A DNA stretch of 64,000 bases, from assembly GCA_049521795.1 (NCBI GenBank), contig JBEKOM010000008.1, positions 19,702 to 83,701 of the forward strand, written 5' to 3'. The notes below the pieces were generated by a model. That model saw only the letters and a list, made by a program, of their open reading frames with translations. It made no database searches and had not been told where the DNA came from. Shown here piece after piece: positions 20,759 through 31,112 of the stretch; within the stretch, counting starts at the first letter, position 1, and every line of letters starts with the position of its first letter. A program made the position numbers and the translations under genes. The stretch is from Candidatus Bathyarchaeia archaeon (GTDB lineage: Archaea > Thermoproteota > Bathyarchaeia > Bathyarchaeales > Bathycorpusculaceae).

Positions 20759-20814
20759 AGACCTATGATAAACTGCAAGCCCTAGTGTGATTTGCTGGGT
20801 TTGAGCCGAGGTCT
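20759..20814 (+). ncRNA. Possible C/D-box-like small RNA
   Basis: Terminal stem AGACC/GGTCT, ATGATAA (C-like), TGATTT (C'-like), CCGA (D-like); boxes are degenerate. Confidence 0.3.
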
Positions 20815-20969
20815 GCAAACCAAGTATAATGCGCGCGCTTATCCTAGGCCCTTTCTTCTGTCTCGCTTATCGCTATGCCCTGGAATTTGGGTCTAATTGT
20901 GAAAAACCCTTTAATCCTACTGAACCTTTATAGGCAAGATTCAGAATACGGGAAACAACAGGTGTATTG

Positions 20970-21938
20970 ATGGATATCTGGAAGCTCCGTTTGTCCATGG
21001 CTGGAACGCTAGCCCTAATAATCGGACTATCAACGCTGTTCTTCACGGTTATTCTAACCCTGACAGCGTCCTTCGATCTCATAACCTTGGGCGTATTGGT
21101 CGGAGTGTTTAACATTGTCATGTGGCTTGTTTCACCCTACCTAATTGGTGCAATGTACCGCGTTCGTGCCATGTCTGCAACTGAGCAGCCCAAACTTCAC
21201 GAAGTCGTCGACGATCTCAGCAAAAAATGCAACATAAAGACACCAAGGCTAATGCTGGCGCAGATCCCACTGCCGAACGCTTTTGCTTACGGTTCACCGA
21301 TAGCGGGAACCCGGATTGCCGTCACAAGCGGACTTTTGACAACCTTGAACGACGGTGAAGTTGCAGCTGTAATTGGACACGAACTTGGACATCTGAGACA
21401 CAGAGACGTGCAGATAATGATGTTCGTTTCATTGTTGCCCGCCGTAGCCTACTACATAGGTTTCTCCCTCATGCTCTCAGGCATGTTTGGAGGAAACCAA
21501 AAGAATCAAGGCAGCGGTGCAGCGCTGGGCATAGTCTTCATGGCTTTTTCCTTCATAATGAACCTGTTCATACTCAATCTCAGTAGACTCCGCGAGTACT
21601 ACGCTGACAGAAACAGCGCATCAATCGTCGACGGAGGATCACAGAAACTCTCAACTGGATTGGCAAAAATAGTCAATGCAAGCAAAAACATGGGTAGGAT
21701 GGGTATGACGAGACAGCAAACGAAGAATCTGCATGCATTCAAGGCGTTGTTCATCACCGACCCCGACCACGCAAACGTCGACTCTGCTGAATTGTCCGCA
21801 ATGTCAGCCGCAGACAGTCAAAAACTGGTCCAAGAGATATTGTCAAAGAAGCTGACAACGGCCGATCGGATTCAAGAGGTTTTCTCGACACATCCCAACA
21901 TAGTTAAGCGACTAAGAGCCTTGCAAGAACTTGCCTGA
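20970..21938 (+). CDS. htpX: Zinc metalloprotease HtpX
   Basis: PNAFA, HELGH, SRLREYYAD, STHP...KRL; TM segments. Confidence 0.94.
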   Translation: MDIWKLRLSMAGTLALIIGLSTLFFTVILTLTASFDLITLGVLVGVFNIVMWLVSPYLIGAMYRVRAMSATEQPKLHEVVDDLSKKCNIKTPRLMLAQIPLPNAFAYGSPIAGTRIAVTSGLLTTLNDGEVAAVIGHELGHLRHRDVQIMMFVSLLPAVAYYIGFSLMLSGMFGGNQKNQGSGAALGIVFMAFSFIMNLFILNLSRLREYYADRNSASIVDGGSQKLSTGLAKIVNASKNMGRMGMTRQQTKNLHAFKALFITDPDHANVDSAELSAMSAADSQKLVQEILSKKLTTADRIQEVFSTHPNIVKRLRALQELA

Positions 21939-22104
21939 GCACCCAAGCTGATTCTCCAAGTCTTGCAGAGCCGCTGGACTCGAACCTCGTGAGCCATCCG
22001 CATGCTAATTTGGAAGCCATTCTGAAAAACGCTTAAATCCCCTTTCGGTCGCCTCTGTACGCAAGGCACACTGCTTCATTTGCAAGTAATGAATTAAAGG
22101 AAGA

Positions 22105-23478
22105 ATGATGATGAAAGCCGAGAAGACTTTGATAATGATCGCATTACTTATGATGAGTTTAACCTTGCTAGCTGACGCGTCAACTGCAAAGGCAAGCAAG
22201 ACTGTTCACTTCTCCAATCCAGTTCCAGCATCTTCCGCAACGTCACATGGGGACTGGAGCCAAACTTACGGCGGATCAAACGACGAATTCGCATATTCTG
22301 TTGTTCAGACCAGCGATGGCGGCTACGCATTAGCAGGTTTCACGGATTCTTCAGGTGCAGGAGGCTTTGATTTCTACCTTGTCAAAACGGATTCCGCTGG
22401 GAATCAGAATTGGACCCAAACCTATGGCGGATCCGGCGATGATTTCGCGTATTCCCTTGTTCAGACCAGTGATGGAGGATACGCGTTGGCAGGCTACACG
22501 GAGTCTTTTGGCGCGGGGTACTATGATTTCTATTTGGTCAAAACGAATTCGGCTGGCATCCTGCAATGGTCTAAGACGTATGGGGGCCCAGGCGACGATG
22601 AGGCACGTTCGCTAATCCAAACGAGTGACGGCGGATACGCGCTAGCAGGGTGGACGAACTCTTTTGGCGGTGGCGGCTACAGTTTCTACTTGGTCAAAAC
22701 CGACTCAACAGGCAGTATGCTTTGGAATAGAACTTATGGAAGTGCAGGCGACAATCAGGCCTATTCAGTAATCCAAACGAGTGATGGCGGATATGCGTTG
22801 GCTGGTTACACCGATTCTTCTGGTCATGGCGGCAACGATTTCTACCTAGTTAAGACGGATTCGGCGGGCAACATGACATGGAACATGACTTATGGGGGAA
22901 TAGGCGACGACGAAGCATATTCACTAATCCAAACAAGTGATGGCGACTACGCTTTGGCGGGCTATACGACCTCTTCGAGCGCCGGCGTAGACAACTTCTG
23001 GCTTGTTAAGACGAATTCAACGGGCGCCATGCAGTGGAGCCAGACTTATGGGTCACCTGGTGATAGCGAGGCATATTCATTAGTTCAGACCAGTGATGGC
23101 GACTACGCGCTTGGAGGCTTCACGGACACTTTGGGCGCTGGGGGCTACGATGTTTGGCTCGTCAAGACAGATTCAACAGGCGGCGTGCGGTGGAGTCAGA
23201 CTTACGGCGGATCAAGCGACGATTTCGCATATTCCCTTGTTCAGACCAGCGACGGAGGATACGCACTGGCAGGTTTCACGGATTCTTCTGGTGCCGGCGG
23301 CAACGATTTCTACCTGGTCAAGGTTGATTCGACCGGCGCATCTTCCTCCTCGCCAGGCTTGAATTGGAGCTCTATAGAAGGATACGTGATTATCGCTGCG
23401 ATAATCATTATCATAATAGCAGCAGTATTGTTAATCCTTTCTAGAGTAGGTGGCAGAAAGGGCAAGGGCAAAATCTAG
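22105..23478 (+). CDS. Membrane-anchored surface protein, seven-bladed beta-propeller-like
   Basis: Signal peptide; seven 52-aa repeats W..TYGG..D..AYS..QTSDGGYALAG.T.S.G.G..DFYLVKTDS.G; C-terminal TM plus basic tail. Confidence 0.88.
   Translation: MMMKAEKTLIMIALLMMSLTLLADASTAKASKTVHFSNPVPASSATSHGDWSQTYGGSNDEFAYSVVQTSDGGYALAGFTDSSGAGGFDFYLVKTDSAGNQNWTQTYGGSGDDFAYSLVQTSDGGYALAGYTESFGAGYYDFYLVKTNSAGILQWSKTYGGPGDDEARSLIQTSDGGYALAGWTNSFGGGGYSFYLVKTDSTGSMLWNRTYGSAGDNQAYSVIQTSDGGYALAGYTDSSGHGGNDFYLVKTDSAGNMTWNMTYGGIGDDEAYSLIQTSDGDYALAGYTTSSSAGVDNFWLVKTNSTGAMQWSQTYGSPGDSEAYSLVQTSDGDYALGGFTDTLGAGGYDVWLVKTDSTGGVRWSQTYGGSSDDFAYSLVQTSDGGYALAGFTDSSGAGGNDFYLVKVDSTGASSSSPGLNWSSIEGYVIIAAIIIIIIAAVLLILSRVGGRKGKGKI
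22252..23337 (+). repeat. Seven intragenic tandem repeats of 156 nt
   Basis: CAAACTTAC at 22261 and CAAACCTAT at 22417 are 156 nt apart; the period persists in the protein. Confidence 0.88.
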
Positions 23479-24169
23479 CAAGTGATAGAAGTCGATGTTT
23501 CTGCCAAGTTGACTTCGCGGAGTGTACCATTCTAAATAGTCAAGCTCAGAGCGGAACCGTTTGCTGCAACAGAAAGCGAGTCATTCAGCTTCGTGCCGAT
23601 GCTTGCGCGTTGCATATACGTTTTGCATATACGCTAATGATCATCAACGGTTGAAGTTTTTGTCCGAAGCACGCGCGTTTGTTGAAGCGGCAGGAACGGC
23701 GTGACAAGATGCTACTGTTAAGAAGGCCTTTAAGAAGGCAATAAGCTCTTGATTGCCATGAATTGGGCCACCATGCCGCCTGTGAACGGCCTTACCCAGA
23801 ACGTTAAGGCTCGGACCGTGCCAGCATCTCCAACCTTTGGAAACAAACTTAACGGTGCAGTCGCTCTTTCCTTCACTCATCATTGAAACTAGAACATTCT
23901 TTATAGGGTGATATTGTTGAAAAATGGCATGGCGCGTTGGGTGTTTCCAGCTTCCAGAGGCGGTTTTCTCTTCTTTCTTACCTACTGGGTTGGCGCGCGC
24001 GTGCGCATGCTTCTTGTCGAGCCGTTTGGTCTATAGGTAGCGCTCTAGGATGTCGTTTCAGAGGGCTATTGCGTCCTGGGTTTTTACACGCGCTCTAAAT
24101 GTGTTTGCTGTGAAGACGAAGTTCAAAAAGGGGGTTGAAGGGTCGCTGAGGCTCGATAGCAGCCGTGCA

Positions 24170-27100
24170 TTAGCCAGTCCAATGGTTTGACAGTATTATG
24201 TCGTCCAAGATGTTTACGACGCCGTCGCCGTTGATGTCCGCGTTGTGGTTCCAGTTGGGACTGCTAGGCGTGGATAAGAAGGCGTTGCTCACTAGTATAT
24301 CGTCCAAAATGTTGACTCTTCCATCGCCGTTGACGTCGCCCGTAATAGTCAAAGTGACGTTAAACTTGGCTGTGAAGCTTCCGGCCCAGGTCGTTATCTG
24401 GAGCGTGTAAGTTCCGGATGACACTTGTTGACCGGAGTAGTCTTTTTGATTCCATCCCCACTCTCTCTTTTCTCCTGGGAGAACAGAAACCAGTACATAT
24501 TCCGCGATTGGATTGTAAACGACGCGTCCTGAGGCATCAAGTATGACCCAAGGAGCGGTGTTTGACAAAGTGATCGTTGTTGAGCCCGTGTTTTGGAACC
24601 CGACAATGACTGTGTCACCAATGGCATACTGCAATTTGTCTGTGTACGCAAAACCACTACCAAAGACAGCTTGCAACGCGTGGTTTGTATTCATCGTCAC
24701 GCTCGTGGGGTTGGCAGGGCCCACGTTAACACCATCCAGCACCCAGTGGTCGAACCCGTAGTTGACGTTTGGCCTCGCCGAGACGCCGACAACGCTTCCC
24801 GCGGCATAAGAATAGACGCCAGGCACAGGAGTCGTCGTTCCCCCAGCAGTAGCCGAAATCGTCAAAGTGTACGTAACAGGAGAGAAGGCATACTTGAATA
24901 TCCATTCGTTACCCGGACCATACCCCCCGATATCGCAGAGTTTAAGTTCGTTCTGGCCATCGTTGTTGAAGTCTGCAATGTTTACGCCAGAGATTAAACC
25001 GAATGCTCCGGTTATGGTGGACTGTTCGGCATATCCTGTTCCTATCCATGATATAACGTGCACGTTGCCGCCTCCGACGTAGAATTGATTCTTTCCAATG
25101 TTTTCGCCGTCACCTATGGCCACACCTTCAATGACTGAGTATTCCGATGGCCAGCTGCCCTCCCACACCTTGTTGTATGCCACACCGTCCCACTTGACCA
25201 GAACTGCTCCTGCCCCAGCGTATCCTGCAACGTTGTTTCCGATTCCAATCTCTGCTATTCCGTCTCCGTCAACATCTCCCACCGCGACTCCGTAAGGGAT
25301 GCCGCCGCCTATCAGGCCCGCATAGACAAGCTCTGCATTCCAGGTGTTCGAGGTTGCGTTCCAAGTGAGTGCCCATGTTCCCGCTGTTGTACCAGTGGAG
25401 CTGTCTGATATGCAGGCCACGATCCTTGTCTTCCCGTCACCTTTGATGTCACCACTCCACACCATCGAGCACTCCATCGACGAGTAGCCCGGCAGCATCC
25501 ACTGGGCTTTCACATAGAATTTGCTGGTTGCCTTGTTCCATCCGAGGCCAATGACATGTGCAGCATAGCCGCCCCACGGGGCGTTTGCAACGACCACCTC
25601 TTTGACGCCGTCACCGTCAAAGTCGCATGAGTATACGTCGTAGGTGAAAGAACAGTAGAAGTGGTCAAGCTTGGTGAGCGTGGTGCCGTCCCACTTGTAG
25701 GCCCATACTCCATCGTTTGCGCCGCAGTACGCCCATGACATTACGAGTTCTAGGCTTCCGTTTCCGTAGAGGTCCAGCATGGTTGCGCCAGACGGCGAGT
25801 TGTAGGTGCCGCCGCCTTCAGTCCAGCTGTACACTTGATAGTACGTGCCTGATGTTTTGTCGTATTTCAGTATGCGTGCTATACCGCTGCTTTCGTAACC
25901 ACCGACTACTATCTCGTTGACTCCGTCTCCGTCAAGATCCCCGCACGGCTGGGCAAACTGAGAGTGCCCACCACCACCAAAAGTGCTATTCCACTGTAGA
26001 GACCACAGAGCAGCGGGCCCGTTCACTGTTACAGCCGCTGTGTTAGACTTTGCCGTCGCGCCGACGCTGTCGAGAACTGTTGCGTAGACCGTGTAGGAAC
26101 CTGAGGATGACGGGGTGAAAGTCCAGCTACTGTAACCCCAATATTGCGGGTTACCATTCAAAAACCACTGATAAGAGTATGGAGACGCACCGCCAGAGAC
26201 GCTTAACGTAAACAGCACAGACTGACCAACGTTCATCACAACAGAACTGGGCGAAACAGATACAGAAAGCGGGTTGAAAGGAGATTGAAGAGACAGAGTT
26301 TGTCCCGCGCTGACTGGTTTGGTTGTATAATCGATGAGTACGCCGTTTTGGTTGTATAATTGCAGGAGGTAGGTTCCGGGATACAATGTCACAGTGACTT
26401 GCCCGTTGACAAACGGGATTTGCCAAGCCGTAGCAACATTCGGATTGGATGCACTCGTAACGTAAAGTGTTCCTGAAGTTAACGTGGAAGTGATATTGAT
26501 TACTCCCATCTGAGACTGGTAGTACAGTGGGCCAAGTTGACCAGCACCATTCGTCATCGTTTCGAATGTTTCTCCGTTTTGATTGTAGGAGAATCCGCAC
26601 ATCACATTGTCTATTAGTTCCCCCGTGCCACTTCCAAAATTGTAGGCGTAAGGCACGATCTGATAGTTGTGCCCGTTCCAGTACTCCAGCTGAAGTTGAA
26701 CCTGAGACTGGACAGTGGGGACAGCGGTAGTTGGTGGTGGTGGTCCGCGTGCAGCTGGTGCCCCCAGTATCAACGCGGCATTATAGAAAGTTCCAGCAGG
26801 ATCGTAATTGAACCCGTTTACTTCAAAACCAGCTAAAGACGTGAATCCGACCACATTTGTAAAAGTGACTGTATCGAAGGTTACCAACCCAGAACCGTCG
26901 ATGTCGAATGCAAAGCTTACCGTAGGGCCGGAATAACTCATCCGTGAGGTCACATTGAGTGTGATAGTTGTCGGGTTAGTGAGAGTAACAGGTTGGAAAT
27001 CGTGCGTGTTTTGGTAAGCGCTACAAACATAACAGCTCCCATCCTGCTTTATAGGGGTAGGGTTGTTTCCAGATATGCCGGAAGAGCTTGTGTTCGGAGC

Positions 27101-29638
27101 AGGAAAACTTGAATAGTTCCACACGTTGTCGACGAAATCGTTGAGAGTCAAGGTATTTCCAGAGGCAGAGGTAGTGACTGCCGCTACGTTTTGTACCCAA
27201 AAGACGAGCGGTCCATATATGGTGTTGATTTGAAGTTTGACGTTCAGTTGAAAGCTCGCGTCATGATTAGAGGTGGTTCCCTTCACCAACGTCGAAAGGG
27301 ACGCAACCGTGACGGTTCCCACAAAACTGGTGGTGTTGTATTGGTAGGGCCCGCTTGGCTCCATTCCGTAGTCTGCTATTCCCATCGGGGCTGGCTCGAT
27401 TTGATCAAAGCAATAAACATCGATTCCACCATTTGCAACATTCACAGTTGCGGTGTTAGACGTGGCCATCAATGGCTGGCTGTCGGTGACTCTTACGTAG
27501 ACCGTGTAAGAGCCTGTGTATTGTGGGTAAAAAACCCAAGTAGAGAGAGTACCGCCTGAAGCAGCTGAAACTGCCTGACTATTAAGATACCACTGATATT
27601 TGTAGGGCGGAAGGCCACCTGAAACGGTTGACGGAAACGGCTGACCTGAACCAAACCCGCTAACAGGCATGGTGACAGAACTTGGCGAGATAGATACAGA
27701 AAGCAGTCCGATCACCGTTACAGTCGCAGTGTTAGACGCTGCGTGCAGAATTCCCTGGTTGTCAGTGACTCCCGCCCAGACCGTGTAAGAGCCTGCGGAT
27801 TGTGGAGTGAAAGTCCAACTGCTTGAAGTCGCGCCCGTAACCGAAGACCCATTCAAATACCACTGATAGGAGTATGGAGACGACCCGCCGCCGCCGCCGT
27901 TGAAGACGCTTGAAGTAAACAGCACAGATGACCCAAGATTCATAGTGATCGAGGCGGGCAAAATGGAAATGTAAAAATTGTAAGTGCTAAATCGCACGCC
28001 AACTCCAGTTGCAAATTGATAGACGTTGCTGTACTCAGTTGCTCCGCTGGAGTTGAATAATTGGAACACACCTGGGTTTCTGACGAACGATATTGAATTT
28101 ATAGTGCTAACCGAGAACAGAGAATTGCCCGCTGAATCGATTTCTTGCATCCACATCCAAGCAGATGACTTGGTGGAAGTCATATCGCTGTACCATACTT
28201 GCTGCATATTACCATAATATGGATTAGTATGCAACTGTTCTGTCATTAATCCGCTGAATGCAGATTGAGGGGGAGGAGTTTGCGGATAGTTTGGAAGACC
28301 CACGAAGTACGTTGCTCCGGAGGAACTGTAACTCCCCGAAGAGGTTGCGCCTGTATTCGGGTCGTAGACTTGCATGAGGACGTTGCCTCCCGAAAAGCTT
28401 AGGAATAAATTTACACTGTCTCCTTGATTGACAGAAAGACTCACCCAGTAATAGTAGACTGTACTTCCACTAGGATCGAAGACAAAATAGTTGGCGTTGA
28501 ACCCGGGAGTATATGGAAAACCAGAGATACTCGAATTAGCATTGGTACCGAACCAGTCCCATGATAGCCCAACCTCGTACATGTATCCCTGGTCGGAAAG
28601 GCCACACAGCAGACACGCCGGACCTGTTACACTTGAGGCGCCAAACTGTAGCGCAAAACTGTCATCATAATCCTGCTGGACTGCAGTGACGCTGTAGGAC
28701 ATGCTGCCGGAGTTTTGTGTGAAAGTTTCTCCGAGTAGTTCGCAATATGGACCGGCCAAATAGCTGGTATATTCGGCCCAAATCTGCTGATCAGACAGTG
28801 CTATATTGTAAATCTTGACTTCGTCGATGATGCCGTTGAACCATGATGTACCTCCAGGATTGTTGCCAATACTGAGTGATTGGCCGTTATAGGCCAGATA
28901 ACCTGATTGTTGGCTACCTACAAGCCTTCCATTGACATAGAGTTTTGCGGTCGCGCCATCGAAAGTTCCAACAACATGATACCATACGCCTGGTTGAATA
29001 ATTCCGGGAGGTGAATAACATATTCCTGGGGCAAATTCAATTCCTGCGTTTGGGTTAATGCGCAAAAAATAACCTTCAGAATAATATGTACTTGCAATAG
29101 TCCCATAAGTACTCACATCATTCGCGTTAAACCACGCTTCTAACGTGATTGCCGCAGTTGGCATAAGACTGGAACCAGTCCCGCAACTAACATAATCAAC
29201 AACTCCATCAAAGCTCAAGGCGCTACCTACTTTCCCGGCAGTCCATGAAGCTCCAATTACAATTCCGTTATTGTTGTTACCGGAGCTATCGTAGGCCGTT
29301 GTACCTGAGCCTTCATCAAGCTTCCAGTAGCCAACCAATCCTGAAGCCTGAGTGTAGCCCGGTAGGCCGGAGTAGGCGGTTACGTTGCTCGTGTCAAGTG
29401 GACCTGCGGCACCAGACGTTTTCGGTAGAGGGGTTGCATAGTGCGGCGCCACAGCGTCCCTCTTGGTCGGGTCGGGGACTAACCCGCTGGCGTTTCCCCC
29501 ACGCGCAGCGGTGAACTGTGACTCAGAAACTCCAGAGCTGCCATGAGAAGCGGCTGCTCCAGAGAGAGTACTAATAGGAAACACCGAAATCAGAAAAAAC
29601 ACAATTAAAACGAAACTTACAACTGCTTTTCTATTCAT
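24170..29638 (-). CDS. Giant secreted multidomain protein: LamG, Ig/PKD repeats, thermopsin (A5 peptidase) domain, FG-GAP repeats, Ig-like domains, dockerin
   Basis: ATG 29638 with signal peptide; GYWKLDEG...FNGIIDEVKIYN (LamG); PAPMGIADYG, FQLN, WVQNV, YNFGSGTGE (thermopsin); GDLDGDG..EI repeats; C-terminal GDVNGDG.VNILD pair. Confidence 0.85.
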   Translation of the reverse strand: MNRKAVVSFVLIVFFLISVFPISTLSGAAASHGSSGVSESQFTAARGGNASGLVPDPTKRDAVAPHYATPLPKTSGAAGPLDTSNVTAYSGLPGYTQASGLVGYWKLDEGSGTTAYDSSGNNNNGIVIGASWTAGKVGSALSFDGVVDYVSCGTGSSLMPTAAITLEAWFNANDVSTYGTIASTYYSEGYFLRINPNAGIEFAPGICYSPPGIIQPGVWYHVVGTFDGATAKLYVNGRLVGSQQSGYLAYNGQSLSIGNNPGGTSWFNGIIDEVKIYNIALSDQQIWAEYTSYLAGPYCELLGETFTQNSGSMSYSVTAVQQDYDDSFALQFGASSVTGPACLLCGLSDQGYMYEVGLSWDWFGTNANSSISGFPYTPGFNANYFVFDPSGSTVYYYWVSLSVNQGDSVNLFLSFSGGNVLMQVYDPNTGATSSGSYSSSGATYFVGLPNYPQTPPPQSAFSGLMTEQLHTNPYYGNMQQVWYSDMTSTKSSAWMWMQEIDSAGNSLFSVSTINSISFVRNPGVFQLFNSSGATEYSNVYQFATGVGVRFSTYNFYISILPASITMNLGSSVLFTSSVFNGGGGGSSPYSYQWYLNGSSVTGATSSSWTFTPQSAGSYTVWAGVTDNQGILHAASNTATVTVIGLLSVSISPSSVTMPVSGFGSGQPFPSTVSGGLPPYKYQWYLNSQAVSAASGGTLSTWVFYPQYTGSYTVYVRVTDSQPLMATSNTATVNVANGGIDVYCFDQIEPAPMGIADYGMEPSGPYQYNTTSFVGTVTVASLSTLVKGTTSNHDASFQLNVKLQINTIYGPLVFWVQNVAAVTTSASGNTLTLNDFVDNVWNYSSFPAPNTSSSGISGNNPTPIKQDGSCYVCSAYQNTHDFQPVTLTNPTTITLNVTSRMSYSGPTVSFAFDIDGSGLVTFDTVTFTNVVGFTSLAGFEVNGFNYDPAGTFYNAALILGAPAARGPPPPTTAVPTVQSQVQLQLEYWNGHNYQIVPYAYNFGSGTGELIDNVMCGFSYNQNGETFETMTNGAGQLGPLYYQSQMGVINITSTLTSGTLYVTSASNPNVATAWQIPFVNGQVTVTLYPGTYLLQLYNQNGVLIDYTTKPVSAGQTLSLQSPFNPLSVSVSPSSVVMNVGQSVLFTLSVSGGASPYSYQWFLNGNPQYWGYSSWTFTPSSSGSYTVYATVLDSVGATAKSNTAAVTVNGPAALWSLQWNSTFGGGGHSQFAQPCGDLDGDGVNEIVVGGYESSGIARILKYDKTSGTYYQVYSWTEGGGTYNSPSGATMLDLYGNGSLELVMSWAYCGANDGVWAYKWDGTTLTKLDHFYCSFTYDVYSCDFDGDGVKEVVVANAPWGGYAAHVIGLGWNKATSKFYVKAQWMLPGYSSMECSMVWSGDIKGDGKTRIVACISDSSTGTTAGTWALTWNATSNTWNAELVYAGLIGGGIPYGVAVGDVDGDGIAEIGIGNNVAGYAGAGAVLVKWDGVAYNKVWEGSWPSEYSVIEGVAIGDGENIGKNQFYVGGGNVHVISWIGTGYAEQSTITGAFGLISGVNIADFNNDGQNELKLCDIGGYGPGNEWIFKYAFSPVTYTLTISATAGGTTTPVPGVYSYAAGSVVGVSARPNVNYGFDHWVLDGVNVGPANPTSVTMNTNHALQAVFGSGFAYTDKLQYAIGDTVIVGFQNTGSTTITLSNTAPWVILDASGRVVYNPIAEYVLVSVLPGEKREWGWNQKDYSGQQVSSGTYTLQITTWAGSFTAKFNVTLTITGDVNGDGRVNILDDILVSNAFLSTPSSPNWNHNADINGDGVVNILDDIILSNHWTG

Positions 29639-30344
29639 TTTCCAAACCCTTCCCGCGCGCGCTCCCCCGTCTTCCCAAAGACAACTCGCGCACGCCAATG
29701 TTGATTAGGCCCATTAGTACTATTTAAGCCCTGTGAAACAATGTTTCAGTCCTTACGAGCGCGTGCTGAAAATGAAGCATCTGATACAGGTTCAGTTCTG
29801 ACAAGCTTTCTTTCCATTCTCCATCCTCGAAGATACGCGCGCATCAGACTCTTGGCTAGACGGTCAGCAAGATTCTTCGTTAAAACAAACAGCTCTCCCG
29901 GATGCTTCCCATACAAAGTCTCCACATGCACAACCCATGATCGCGTAGTATGCCTCACATACACACTCTGTAAGAGCCCCAACAAAGCTGTCCAATTCAC
30001 CATCTCAACACGCCTAAAATCAACGGGCAAACAACCCTCAGCCGGCGCGCGCTACTTGATTGTATCTCGTCTCAAAGGAGGCTTCTCTTTCCAAAGGTCT
30101 TCGGACAGAATCTTCCCGCAATGTGGCAATTGACTATCTTTCTGCTCATCCAATTCATCTCCTGCCAAACTTTGCGGCACCCAGCGGTCGCACAGCGAAA
30201 AAGAAAAAAAGGGAAAGAAGCCGTCAAGAAGCGAATTGGAGACATCGCCTCGGGGAGTGAGGCTAGGCAAACCCACAAGTGTGCGTTGACTCGGCGGACA
30301 TGTTAAAACAACTGCTAGGCCTTCGAACCGTGGCTTGCAGAGCG

Positions 30345-31112
30345 CTAGACTTCTCTCCATCGTGCCTTGGTTTTTGCAAGCATGAAGAGTATGATTGTTA
30401 CGGCTATTAGGACGCTCCAGTCGAGAACTATCGTGGCAAGTGGTAGTGACAGATATCCAGCTGCATTCTGCGCTAGCTCTGCTGCGTACGTGGTAGGCGA
30501 GAGGTAGGCCAAGTATCTGAACGGAAGCGGGATGTAGGTAATGGGGTAGTAGACAGGCGGTATCGTTGAGAAAAGCGTTGAAAGAAGCCGTGTGAACGCA
30601 AAGCTTTGGACTATGTCGCTGGAAAACGTTGAGAGCGTATAGCCGACCGCCATTGAAGCAAAGAACATGAGGAGAAGCACTACGATGAACTCTAGGACTC
30701 CAACGACGCTCATTGCCACATAGTAGTGTGCTATAATGGCGAGTACGGTTAGCGCGGGAATGGAGTAGACGATCTCTGAGATGGCGATTCCAATCATGTA
30801 GGTCAGCCATGTGGTTGGAGAACTGACCACCATGTCTTGCAGTTTGAAATCGTTCTTGAGGTGCGAAAGGTCGGCTTGCAGGGACATGCCGCTCGAGAAC
30901 ATGCTCATTATGAACCCGCCTTCCACGGCTTCTCCTATGAGGCTGCCGCGGCTTACGAACACTATGAGCACTAGGAAGGAGAGGGGGGACAGAACAGTGT
31001 TGATTAGGACGATCGGGTAGTTCCTCATTTCATACAGGGCGTTGACGAGTATCGCGGCCAGAAACTGGCTGAACCTACTCCTCTTCTGCGTCGCGCTCTT
31101 CTTGAATGCCAA
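30345..31112 (-). CDS. ABC-2 type transporter permease
   Basis: Six TM helices; PPVYYP...P...LAYLSPTTYA; overlaps the ATPase gene. Confidence 0.88.
   Translation of the reverse strand: MAFKKSATQKRSRFSQFLAAILVNALYEMRNYPIVLINTVLSPLSFLVLIVFVSRGSLIGEAVEGGFIMSMFSSGMSLQADLSHLKNDFKLQDMVVSSPTTWLTYMIGIAISEIVYSIPALTVLAIIAHYYVAMSVVGVLEFIVVLLLMFFASMAVGYTLSTFSSDIVQSFAFTRLLSTLFSTIPPVYYPITYIPLPFRYLAYLSPTTYAAELAQNAAGYLSLPLATIVLDWSVLIAVTIILFMLAKTKARWREV

Noticed and set aside
21964-21990. tRNA T-loop-like GGTTCGAGTCC on the minus strand as the att site of a second island
   Set aside because: The T stem does not pair and there is no matching tRNA or integrase for it in the window.
22252-23337. Regular repeats as a CRISPR array
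   Set aside because: They are degenerate 156-nt coding repeats without spacers; no CRISPR array or cas gene is seen in the window.
23644-23883. 79-aa ORF between the two convergent surface-protein genes
   Set aside because: No motif and atypical composition; probably non-coding.
29746-30030. 94-aa ORF upstream of the giant gene
   Set aside because: No recognisable family; it may be a decayed fragment but I cannot support a call.
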